Source: Ruminococcus sp.
GTDB lineage: Bacteria > Bacillota > Clostridia > Oscillospirales > Acutalibacteraceae
Reading direction: 5' to 3'
Assembly: GCA_017458845.1 (NCBI GenBank)
Contig: JAFSZY010000041.1
Coordinates: 24,524-88,523, forward strand
Length of the DNA: 64,000 nucleotides
In this document: positions 26,741 through 34,495 of the stretch, piece after piece
Position numbering within the stretch: the first letter of the stretch is position 1
How the letters are laid out: each line of letters starts with the position of its first letter
Notes under the pieces: generated by a model
Told to the model about the DNA's origin: nothing
Seen by the model: only the letters and a program-made list of their open reading frames with translations
The model's database searches: none
Translations under genes and position numbers: made by a program

Positions 26741-26793
26741 AAAAATCATAACCACCCGTCAAACGGGTGGTTATGATTTTTGCAATCAAATCC
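26741..26793. repeat. Long perfect hairpin (23-bp arms) whose core AACCACCCGTCAAACGGGTGGTT resembles IS200/IS605-type terminal palindromes
   Basis: ATTGCAAAAATCATAACCACCCG-tcaaa-CGGGTGGTTATGATTTTTGCAAT is seen directly; no transposase nearby. Confidence 0.6.
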
Positions 26794-27030
26794 AAGCTAT
26801 GATATCTATGAACTGATGAAGATAGGTAACCTGTCCCAAATTGAGTAATCCTCGCTGTCGTTCCTAGCTTGCCGAGGAGTCTCCTTCCTCTTATATCCGC
26901 GTAAGGGCGGGTGTCTCTTCCTAAAGCGGAGACGGACTTTGTTTATCCACGTCATACACTGTATTTCCAACTGAAATGTATTTCTCCACGGACATTTTCT
27001 CGTGATTGCAATAAAGGCGCGACATATTAT

Positions 27031-27065
27031 AACACAGAGCCGACTATTGAGTCAGCTCTGTGTTT
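27031..27065 (-). terminator. Terminator of the kinase/FHA operon
   Basis: ACACAGAGCTGACT-caat-AGTCGGCTCTGTGT with a G-U pair on the minus strand. Confidence 0.75.
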
Positions 27066-27099
27066 GTAAGCTTAAAATATTCACCTAATACAGCGTCGT

Positions 27100-28374
27100 C
27101 TATGCGAACAGAGTTGCTTTTCTCCACGCGCCGTAGTATGTTTTGCCGCCTATTTTCTTATAAGCTCTGATGCGAATGTAATAATAATAACCTGAAACCG
27201 TCTTAATCTTAGCGCTACTGGCATAACTTGCCAATTTTGCGGATGAAGTATACTTTGAGGCAAAATTCTTTTTAGTGGAAACCTGTAAATTATAACCCGT
27301 ACAGTTAGCTTGCTTCTTGAACGAGATATTCAGGTATCCTTTTTTTACGGTTTTCTTAGTTATAGCAACCTGACCCGGCTTGACCAGTATGGTTACTTTC
27401 TTGGTTTTCGCCTTATACTTAGTGGTTTCCTTAGCTTTGATTGTTATTACTGCCTTACCGCAACCCTTAACAGTAACCTTGCCCGATGAAGAAACCGCAG
27501 CGACCTTCTTGTCGCTTGATTTGTATGTCATTTTGGTTTTTGCCTTAGCTCCGAGAGAGAACGGGGACGCGCCGTATTTTTTTGTAAAAGAGCTTTTACC
27601 CTTAATAGTCTGGTTACTCTGAACTGTTACGGTTACCTTAACACTGCCAATAATCGTTTCATCTCCCGTAATATTCTCATAAAGCTTAAAGTTAAGAGTT
27701 GTCTTTCCTCTTTTAACTCCCGTAAGGGTAAACACCGCGGTATCTTCTGCCCATTTTTTAAAATCAATTTTCACTAAACTGTTATTATTCCATGATACGC
27801 CAAAATACTTAGGATAGGTTCCGTCGGGATAAATCTTCAAGGTAGCAGTGTTTGTACCAGATAAATTTAATTTAAAATTCTTTTTGCTGGCAACAGTCTT
27901 AGTATTGCAAACCAAAACCCCTACTGTTGTGCTTGCAATGGTTGTTTCGTTCGGATCGTCAGAGTCGTAAATACTGAATTCAATTTCAACCGCATCAACA
28001 GCTTTGCCTGTTAAAGACAATACAGCGCTGTCACCTTCCCATCTCACAAAAGTGACATTTAGCGCGCTTTTATTGTTGTTTGACCAAGCAATAGTATAGT
28101 TATTGGGATAATAACCCCCGGGCGTAACTTTAATCTGAGCTGTTCTGGTACCGTTAAGATTCAGCACAACAATGCTCTTATCCACTGTAAGCTTGCTGTC
28201 TGCGCCGGTTGGTTCCTTCGCAATTGAGGAACTACTCTTTTTTGCAACCTCGACTTTACCGCTTTCTCCCGCCGATGAGGAAGATTTAAATGCCTCTTGC
28301 GCGGACACGCTGAAAGTTGAGAGCGTTATCAACAGCGCCAGTAAAACACTTGTAAGTATTTTTAGCTTTTTCAT
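27100..28374 (-). CDS. Secreted protein with two Ig-like repeats, Big_2 and a basic Fn3-like C-terminal domain
   Basis: Signal peptide; internal repeat (TAQIKVTPGGYYP.. / TATLKIYPDGTYP..); YKSSDKKVAAVSSSGKVTVK; YYYIRIRAYKKIGGKTYYGAW; AT-rich. Confidence 0.82.
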   Translation of the reverse strand: MKKLKILTSVLLALLITLSTFSVSAQEAFKSSSSAGESGKVEVAKKSSSSIAKEPTGADSKLTVDKSIVVLNLNGTRTAQIKVTPGGYYPNNYTIAWSNNNKSALNVTFVRWEGDSAVLSLTGKAVDAVEIEFSIYDSDDPNETTIASTTVGVLVCNTKTVASKKNFKLNLSGTNTATLKIYPDGTYPKYFGVSWNNNSLVKIDFKKWAEDTAVFTLTGVKRGKTTLNFKLYENITGDETIIGSVKVTVTVQSNQTIKGKSSFTKKYGASPFSLGAKAKTKMTYKSSDKKVAAVSSSGKVTVKGCGKAVITIKAKETTKYKAKTKKVTILVKPGQVAITKKTVKKGYLNISFKKQANCTGYNLQVSTKKNFASKYTSSAKLASYASSAKIKTVSGYYYYIRIRAYKKIGGKTYYGAWRKATLFA

Positions 28375-28427
28375 ATAATTGCCTCCTAAAATATATTTAT
28401 AAATAGTCATTCGACCGTTTATACTGC

Positions 28428-29273
28428 TTAGTATTCGATGGTAGGTTTAACGGGTTCGGGATTCTGCGACGGTGTCGCGCTTGACGAGCTGTTGCTCGGA
28501 ACGTAGTTATAGGTCGAATCGTTAACCTCAGGGGTATAATCCGCCTGTGAAGATGAAGATTGCGGCTGTGGCTTTTTGCCCTTGCTTACAACGAGAGTGA
28601 TGGTCGAATTGATTTTGACGCTTTCTCCCGCCTTGTTCTGACGTATAATCTTGTCCTTTGATACAGATGAACTGTACGCCCTCTTGACCTTATACTTAAG
28701 CTTTGCGTCAGAGAGCTTTTTCTTGGCGGCGGAAAGCGTTTGTCCCTTTACATCGGGGACTTGCACCATCCGGACTCCCTTGCTGATAACAACGGAAACC
28801 TTTTCGCCTTTTTCAGCCTTATCTCCTGCTTTTTTGTCCTGCCGGATGACGCAGCCCTTATCGACAGAATTGTTGTATTCTTCACTGCCGACAACAAGCT
28901 CCAATCCAAGATATTTCAGAGCCTCCTCGGCGTCAGCCCGGGTTTTACCAATCAAGTCGGGATACGTAATCTGCTTGCCGCTGCTCACTATCAGCGCCAT
29001 TGTTTCGGATGATGATATCTCCGAGCCCGCGTCAAAGCTCTGATCGACCACAAGTCCCGCCTCAACAGTATCGGAAAAGGTTGTCTCCACGGAATAATTT
29101 ACACCCGCGCTTTTAAGCGATTGCTCCGCTTCCTCTCTGGTCGCGCCTATGCACGAGGGAACCTTAACGGTTTTCTCTCCGCAAGACGCCATAACCCCTG
29201 TGAACAAAAGCGCCGCCATAATAAGCGGAAGTATTTTCCTGAATAATACGGGATACATGCTCTTTGTTTTCAT
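28428..29273 (-). CDS. Lipoprotein with three PASTA domains and an S/P-rich tail
   Basis: Lipobox MASC; KVPSCIGATREEA, YPDLIGKTRADA, QVPDVKGQTLSAA repeats. Confidence 0.88.
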   Translation of the reverse strand: MKTKSMYPVLFRKILPLIMAALLFTGVMASCGEKTVKVPSCIGATREEAEQSLKSAGVNYSVETTFSDTVEAGLVVDQSFDAGSEISSSETMALIVSSGKQITYPDLIGKTRADAEEALKYLGLELVVGSEEYNNSVDKGCVIRQDKKAGDKAEKGEKVSVVISKGVRMVQVPDVKGQTLSAAKKKLSDAKLKYKVKRAYSSSVSKDKIIRQNKAGESVKINSTITLVVSKGKKPQPQSSSSQADYTPEVNDSTYNYVPSNSSSSATPSQNPEPVKPTIEY

Positions 29274-29283
29274 AAACACCTCT

Positions 29284-30753
29284 TTAAAATCTTAATACAA
29301 AAGCAGAATTACCTGCCCTGATTTCATCGCCGCTTCTGAGCCGATTCCGTGAATAAATCTTCATCTCACCAATCGCGGTGTTCGAGCGTCCGCCCACGTC
29401 CTCTATATAAACTACACCTTCGCTTATAAACACGCGGGTATTTACGGACGACAGAGCCGCGTCGTCAAAGACAATGTCGCACGAACGCCTTCTTCCTATA
29501 AATAATTCATCCTTAAGGTATATGGTGTCGCCGCTGTTAAGGCAATTGCCGTTAATGACCTCAAGCTTTATTTCTATGGCGTCCCGGCTCTTTTTCGCGC
29601 CTCGTTTTCCTGTAAGCGCAAACACTGTCACCGCCGCGATTATCACAACCGCCGCGGCTGCCGCTAATATAATCCATAACGTAAAACCATTATTCCGAGC
29701 TGCGAGCTTGGTTTTATTTGACTCGCTGTTAACAGTTGAAGATGCAGGCTGAGTTGCTTTGCTTGCATGAGAAGCCGACGTTTCTGTTTTTGATTTTGTC
29801 GTTGACTTTGTTCCTGATTTTACTTTTGAGCACGCGTCAATATTGGCTATGCCTGAAACCGCAACAGCTTTATCGGCATTGTCCGCGTTGAAGGACGCGT
29901 CAAACCGCTTTGTTTCAGCGTCGATATCAATCGGGAAGCTGAGCATATATAGGTTTTGGACAAACTTCGCCAATTGCTTTCCCGCGGCGGCGCTTTCATA
30001 AACATCCGCCGCCGTAACATTGATTCCCGTACCCGATGACAGCGCTTCTATGGTAGGCTCGTGCCATGTGCCAAAGCCTACAGTATGAACCGCGACCTCG
30101 GGCGTAGCTTTGATTAGCTTCTTAACTTTTTTAGCAGAGTTTTCTATTTTTTCATATGGATTATCGTTGTTATCAAGATATGGAATACCGTCTGTAATTA
30201 CAATAAGATTAGCAAGCTCCTCGTGACCTTTGATACTATGCGAAAGATACTTTACGGCGTTTGCTACGTTGCCCGAAATATCCGTCATTTCGCGGTCATA
30301 TTTTATTTTGTTGATAGCCGACATAACCCTCGAGGGCTTTTTCAGCTTTTTCGCTATAATCTTAAGCTTGCTTCCGAAAACCGCGACAGTAACGCGCTTT
30401 GACTTGGATTTTTCCTCGTCAAGCAGAGTCTGGACGAAGGCTTTGATTCTGTCCTGATACTCCAGCATCGAGGAAGAAGCGTCAACCAGAAGCATATAGT
30501 CAATGGTCGCCGCGCTGTTGCCGGGAGTCCTGAATAACTCGTCCTTGACAACCTTTTTGCCGACAGTGACGGAAGCCTTGCCGCCAAACGACTTTTTCAC
30601 GTTTTGGGGATTGACATAAGCCGAAATAATACCATCGTGATAATACGCGGAAACTACCGAAAAGACGGAATTTTGATAAGCGGCTTGCGCGGAAACACCC
30701 GCCGAAATAACTATGGCAAATATAATGAAAAACGCCGCTATTCTTTTTGGCAT
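29284..30753 (-). CDS. Membrane protein: signal peptide, vWA domain, S/T/K linker, TM helix, cytoplasmic (degenerate) FHA domain
   Basis: MIDAS LLVDASSSM and LIVITDG; TM LWIILAAAAAVVIIAAVTVFAL; FHA IGRRRSCD..LSSVN (no His)..LRSGDEIRAG. Confidence 0.85.
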   Translation of the reverse strand: MPKRIAAFFIIFAIVISAGVSAQAAYQNSVFSVVSAYYHDGIISAYVNPQNVKKSFGGKASVTVGKKVVKDELFRTPGNSAATIDYMLLVDASSSMLEYQDRIKAFVQTLLDEEKSKSKRVTVAVFGSKLKIIAKKLKKPSRVMSAINKIKYDREMTDISGNVANAVKYLSHSIKGHEELANLIVITDGIPYLDNNDNPYEKIENSAKKVKKLIKATPEVAVHTVGFGTWHEPTIEALSSGTGINVTAADVYESAAAGKQLAKFVQNLYMLSFPIDIDAETKRFDASFNADNADKAVAVSGIANIDACSKVKSGTKSTTKSKTETSASHASKATQPASSTVNSESNKTKLAARNNGFTLWIILAAAAAVVIIAAVTVFALTGKRGAKKSRDAIEIKLEVINGNCLNSGDTIYLKDELFIGRRRSCDIVFDDAALSSVNTRVFISEGVVYIEDVGGRSNTAIGEMKIYSRNRLRSGDEIRAGNSAFVLRF

Positions 30754-30771
30754 ATAAAGCCCCCTTTAGAA

Positions 30772-31485
30772 TTAAACAAAAACGGTAATCAACGAGAGAT
30801 TGTCACAGTCCTCGGGCTGTCTCTCCATAACGCGCATAAGCATAAGCTCTCCCCACTGACGGGCGGAGTCTGATTTTAAAAAGTCAACAAGAATCTCTTC
30901 TTGGCGGATATATTCCCACATTCCGTCCGAGCAGAGCAAGAACCCGTCGCCGTTTTTTATCCCGCTGCTGTCCAGCGCAGGAGTATTGCGCTCGCTGCCG
31001 ATAGCGCGCAAAAGTCGTGATTGATCCTCATCGAGAGCAATTTCGTCGTAGAAAATCTCACCCGCTTTGTACTTCTTATACGCGACGGAATGATCCTCGG
31101 TTATTCTTTTTATTTCACTGTTGCCTATATAGTACAACCTTGAATCTCCGATATGAGCCCAATACGCCTTATCGCCGTTTATTATCAGCGTAATAACTGT
31201 TGTGCGCATAGCGGCGTCTGTCTCCTCCTGAAGCGCGGTTACTTCGTCCTGCGCTTTTTTGAGAGTTTCCTCCAGCCAGTCAGAGATTTCCGTGTCGGGT
31301 TTTGGAGGAAAAGCATCGCAAAGAACCTTGACAACGCGATTTGAGGCAAGCTCGCCGTGCTGATGACCTCCGAGGCCATCAGCAACTACGAACAATGCTT
31401 GGTTTTCTGATTCTTTTATCTGCGCGCAATCTTCATTGTAAGGACGTCCGCCTGTATATGAAAATACGAAGCTGTCAGATTTCAT
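30772..31485 (-). CDS. PP2C-family Ser/Thr phosphatase
   Basis: GGRPYNED, VVADGLGGH, HIGDSRLY, LLCSDGMW, DNLSLI. Confidence 0.93.
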   Translation of the reverse strand: MKSDSFVFSYTGGRPYNEDCAQIKESENQALFVVADGLGGHQHGELASNRVVKVLCDAFPPKPDTEISDWLEETLKKAQDEVTALQEETDAAMRTTVITLIINGDKAYWAHIGDSRLYYIGNSEIKRITEDHSVAYKKYKAGEIFYDEIALDEDQSRLLRAIGSERNTPALDSSGIKNGDGFLLCSDGMWEYIRQEEILVDFLKSDSARQWGELMLMRVMERQPEDCDNLSLITVFV

Positions 31486-31488
31486 ATA

Positions 31489-32925
31489 TTACTCCACTTC
31501 AAGAACAATCATATTGGCCTGTTCACCGAGGAAGAAACGGTCGCCCGCTCTCAGCTTATGCGAAATACCGGATGTCAGCTTTGTGCCGTTTTGAAGTACT
31601 GTTCCGTATGACGAGCCTAAATCAGTTACTGTAAACTCATTTGAATTCGGGTCATATGAAACAGAACAATGTCTTCCACTTACGCCCGGTGTACCTTCTT
31701 TATAAACAATAGCACAATCCGCCTTGCTTCTACCTATAATAATCTGGTTGTTAGGCTGAAGTTTAACTCTCATACCTCTGTGCTGCATAGCCAGCGAACG
31801 AACATATCCGCTCTTGGGCTTTGGAGCGTCCTGATGAAGGGTATTGGCGGGAGCTGCCGGCTTGGACTTTTTCTTAATAACAAGAATAATAATAACAACT
31901 GCCGCAGCGATTACAACTGCCGCCGCAACGCCGATAACAATGAATACCCATATGCTGTTGGATTCAGATTTCGGAGTGGGTGTTGGTTGTGGAGAAGTAG
32001 GCTTAGGCGAGGTTTCTCCCATAAACGCTACATTGTTATTCTTCAACATATCGATTGCTTCCGAAATATTAACACAATACTTGTTTGTTTCCTCGGGTAC
32101 AAGAACGCCCTGACTATTAAACTTATATCTTTCTACTATCCGAGACGCAATACCTATAACGTTACCGTTTTCGTCCACTCCGGGACCGCCAGAATGTCCA
32201 GACTGAATATCACAGGTGGTTTCGATATGGTTTGTTCCTGAGCCGCTCTCCACAAAGAGCTTTCCGATAATTCCGTCCTTTACGCTTGCCGCGGATATAT
32301 CACTTATTTTGGTGGGCGAAACGATACTGTTTGAGCTAATACCCGGGTATCCGAGAACATACATCTTATCGCCGACCATTTCGTCCTTGGGAGTGTGAAG
32401 CGGAATGGGTTTACGCTTATTTGTGGGTTCAGCAAGCTTAAGAATCGCGACATCTTTTTTTGCGTCTGAATCTACAACATAAAGCTCCTCGTAATCGTTG
32501 CTGTCGAATATACCGTAAATCTTAGCTCTGCCTTCATAGTACGCGTTTTTATCGACATCAAAAATTGTGGTTATTTCGCCCGCGCCGCATTCTGTATACA
32601 AATCAACAACGTGCTGGCAGGTTAATAAGTACTGTGGATTGGTAGTTTCATTTTCCGCCACAAAGAAGCCCGTACCCGAGCCTGCGGTATAGAGCATATT
32701 CCCCAATTCCTTGGGATTATCTAAGATAATATCAATACGGTCTTTGATTTTTTCCTGAGGAACACAGTTATAATGCTGTGTGCCGCCGTCAACATCCTCA
32801 AATATTACATAAACCATAATAAGGCTGTCTCTAGCCTCGTTTTGTGAGCTGGCAGCCATAGCGGGAACCGCTAAGGAAGCAAGCACAAAAATTGCTACAA
32901 TAATAGAAATAATCCTTTTTGCCAT
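31489..32925 (-). CDS. Membrane protein: signal peptide, trypsin-like serine protease, P-rich linker, TM helix, cytoplasmic FHA domain
   Basis: GSGTGFFV, LTCQHVV (His), DVAILKL (Asp), GHSGGP (Ser); TM IWVFIVIGVAAAVVIAAAVVIIILVI; FHA IGRSK..VSGRHC..DLGSSYGT. Confidence 0.9.
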   Translation of the reverse strand: MAKRIISIIVAIFVLASLAVPAMAASSQNEARDSLIMVYVIFEDVDGGTQHYNCVPQEKIKDRIDIILDNPKELGNMLYTAGSGTGFFVAENETTNPQYLLTCQHVVDLYTECGAGEITTIFDVDKNAYYEGRAKIYGIFDSNDYEELYVVDSDAKKDVAILKLAEPTNKRKPIPLHTPKDEMVGDKMYVLGYPGISSNSIVSPTKISDISAASVKDGIIGKLFVESGSGTNHIETTCDIQSGHSGGPGVDENGNVIGIASRIVERYKFNSQGVLVPEETNKYCVNISEAIDMLKNNNVAFMGETSPKPTSPQPTPTPKSESNSIWVFIVIGVAAAVVIAAAVVIIILVIKKKSKPAAPANTLHQDAPKPKSGYVRSLAMQHRGMRVKLQPNNQIIIGRSKADCAIVYKEGTPGVSGRHCSVSYDPNSNEFTVTDLGSSYGTVLQNGTKLTSGISHKLRAGDRFFLGEQANMIVLEVE

Positions 32926-32940
32926 TGTTTTTTCTCCTTA

Positions 32941-33774
32941 TCAATATTCGCACTTTACAACAAGCGCGGTGTAATTATCCTGATATCTTTTGTTTGTAAT
33001 TAAAATATTCTGTTCCAATTGCTCGCACATCTGCGCGGGAGCGGTATTATTGTTCAAACAGTCAAATATGCACTGCTCACTTAGAACTCCGCCGACTCCG
33101 TCGGAACATAGCAAGAACACATCTCCGTCCAAAACCGGAAGCGGACGTCTGGAAATGTCAAAATCCTCGAGCTCATCCATACCCAAAAACCTTGTCAGAG
33201 CGTGCTTTTCGGGGTCGCTTTCAGCGTCGGTTTTGTCAAGACTGCCCCTGCTGACAGCGTTTAGATACTCGTCGTACATAACATTGTGCTTTCGGTTAAG
33301 ATGTATAAGATGACCGTTGCGCTTCAACATAAGGTAGCTGTCACCTACCGAAGCAAAATAAAGCTTTTCCTTATAAAACAAGCAGGCGATAAGCGTGCTC
33401 CCTCCGTCTCCGCCGAGAAGCCCGTATATTCTCTCGCTTGCCGAAAAAACGCTTTGTTCAAGCTGTTCGGCTAAATCCAGCGAATAATCAAAGGCTTCAA
33501 AGTCGTTTCGCAGGCTCGCGACAGCGGTGTCGCTGGCAAGCTTGCCGCCTTTCATTCCGCCCATTCCGTCGGTTACTATAGCCAAAAGACCCTTGTTCTT
33601 GATTTTTGTGACGTCCAGAACATTGGCGAAGCCAAAGGAATCCTCCTGGTTACTGCGTTTGCCGATGCCCTGAAGATTAGCCGCTTGATAGCTCAGGCAA
33701 TCCGCCTTAAACGCCTTCACGGGTGTAACCGTCCGGGGTTCAGCCTGATGTTTTCTCCTTGAAAACAACCACAT
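32941..33774 (-). CDS. PP2C-family Ser/Thr phosphatase (second copy)
   Basis: GKRSNQEDS, IVTDGMGG, SVGDSYL, LLCSDGV, DNYTAL. Confidence 0.93.
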   Translation of the reverse strand: MWLFSRRKHQAEPRTVTPVKAFKADCLSYQAANLQGIGKRSNQEDSFGFANVLDVTKIKNKGLLAIVTDGMGGMKGGKLASDTAVASLRNDFEAFDYSLDLAEQLEQSVFSASERIYGLLGGDGGSTLIACLFYKEKLYFASVGDSYLMLKRNGHLIHLNRKHNVMYDEYLNAVSRGSLDKTDAESDPEKHALTRFLGMDELEDFDISRRPLPVLDGDVFLLCSDGVGGVLSEQCIFDCLNNNTAPAQMCEQLEQNILITNKRYQDNYTALVVKCEY

Positions 33775-33775
33775 A

Positions 33776-34444
33776 TTAACTCTCAGCTATTACGCCGTCC
33801 TCCCATGTAAAGCGGCTTGAGCACAAGGGAACAAAAACAGCCTTGCTCTTACCAAGCTCAACCGTATCATACGCGTTAAGCTTGACAGGAATATATACAG
33901 GTTCTTCGTTAACATAAATGTTGTTTGTGCTGTCGGCGGGAATGAGCTGGAAGTTGTTGTGCTTCGGGTCATACGCGAGTCTGGCGTGGTTTTCCTTGGA
34001 TATAGTTTTATCCTTTTTGATGCAAACATCCATCTTCTCGCTTCTGCCGATAGTGTTAATCTTTGCCCAAAGCTTGTAATCCTTTCCTTTCTCGGGGCCG
34101 TCAATGCAAACCAGCCAGCCGACTACGGGGTCAAGATTATAGTCCTCCTTGAACACACCTACTGTTTTGTTTTCCTCATCGGAACGCTTGCGATAGCTTT
34201 CGGGAGCAACGGTTTTTTCGGGCTCATTGGAATTAACCGCGTAATTCACCGCCTCAGTATTGCCCATCGCGCCCATATAAGGCTCCTGCGGCAAACCCTG
34301 ACCCGGAATAACGGTTTTTCCGATATCACCGTCGGCACCGTTATAATTAAAATCAATAATGTTTCTTCCACCGTTGCAGTACGGACAAGTCGCGTACTGG
34401 TCGGTATCATAAACATGCCCCTTTCCACATTCTGTAATAGCCAT
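33776..34444 (-). CDS. Soluble FHA-domain protein with N-terminal Zn-ribbon and disordered linker
   Basis: CGKGH..CPYC; VVGWLVCIDGPEKGKDY; IGRSE..ISKENH..STNN; start ATG 34444 with AAGGAGG RBS. Confidence 0.9.
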   Translation of the reverse strand: MAITECGKGHVYDTDQYATCPYCNGGRNIIDFNYNGADGDIGKTVIPGQGLPQEPYMGAMGNTEAVNYAVNSNEPEKTVAPESYRKRSDEENKTVGVFKEDYNLDPVVGWLVCIDGPEKGKDYKLWAKINTIGRSEKMDVCIKKDKTISKENHARLAYDPKHNNFQLIPADSTNNIYVNEEPVYIPVKLNAYDTVELGKSKAVFVPLCSSRFTWEDGVIAES

Positions 34445-34495
34445 ATTTTCCTCCTTGTAATATGAATATTTTAGCACTGCGGTAGTGCTTATTTA

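Noticed and set aside
26811-26842. CTGATGA followed by a GATAGG/CCTGTC stem looked like a hammerhead ribozyme core
   Set aside because: The stem is followed by CCAAA rather than GAAA, and no stem I/III pairing around a UH site could be built.
26845-26880. TCCTCGCTG resembles the HDV ribozyme L3 loop
   Set aside because: The P3 and P1 pairings needed for the nested double pseudoknot are absent.
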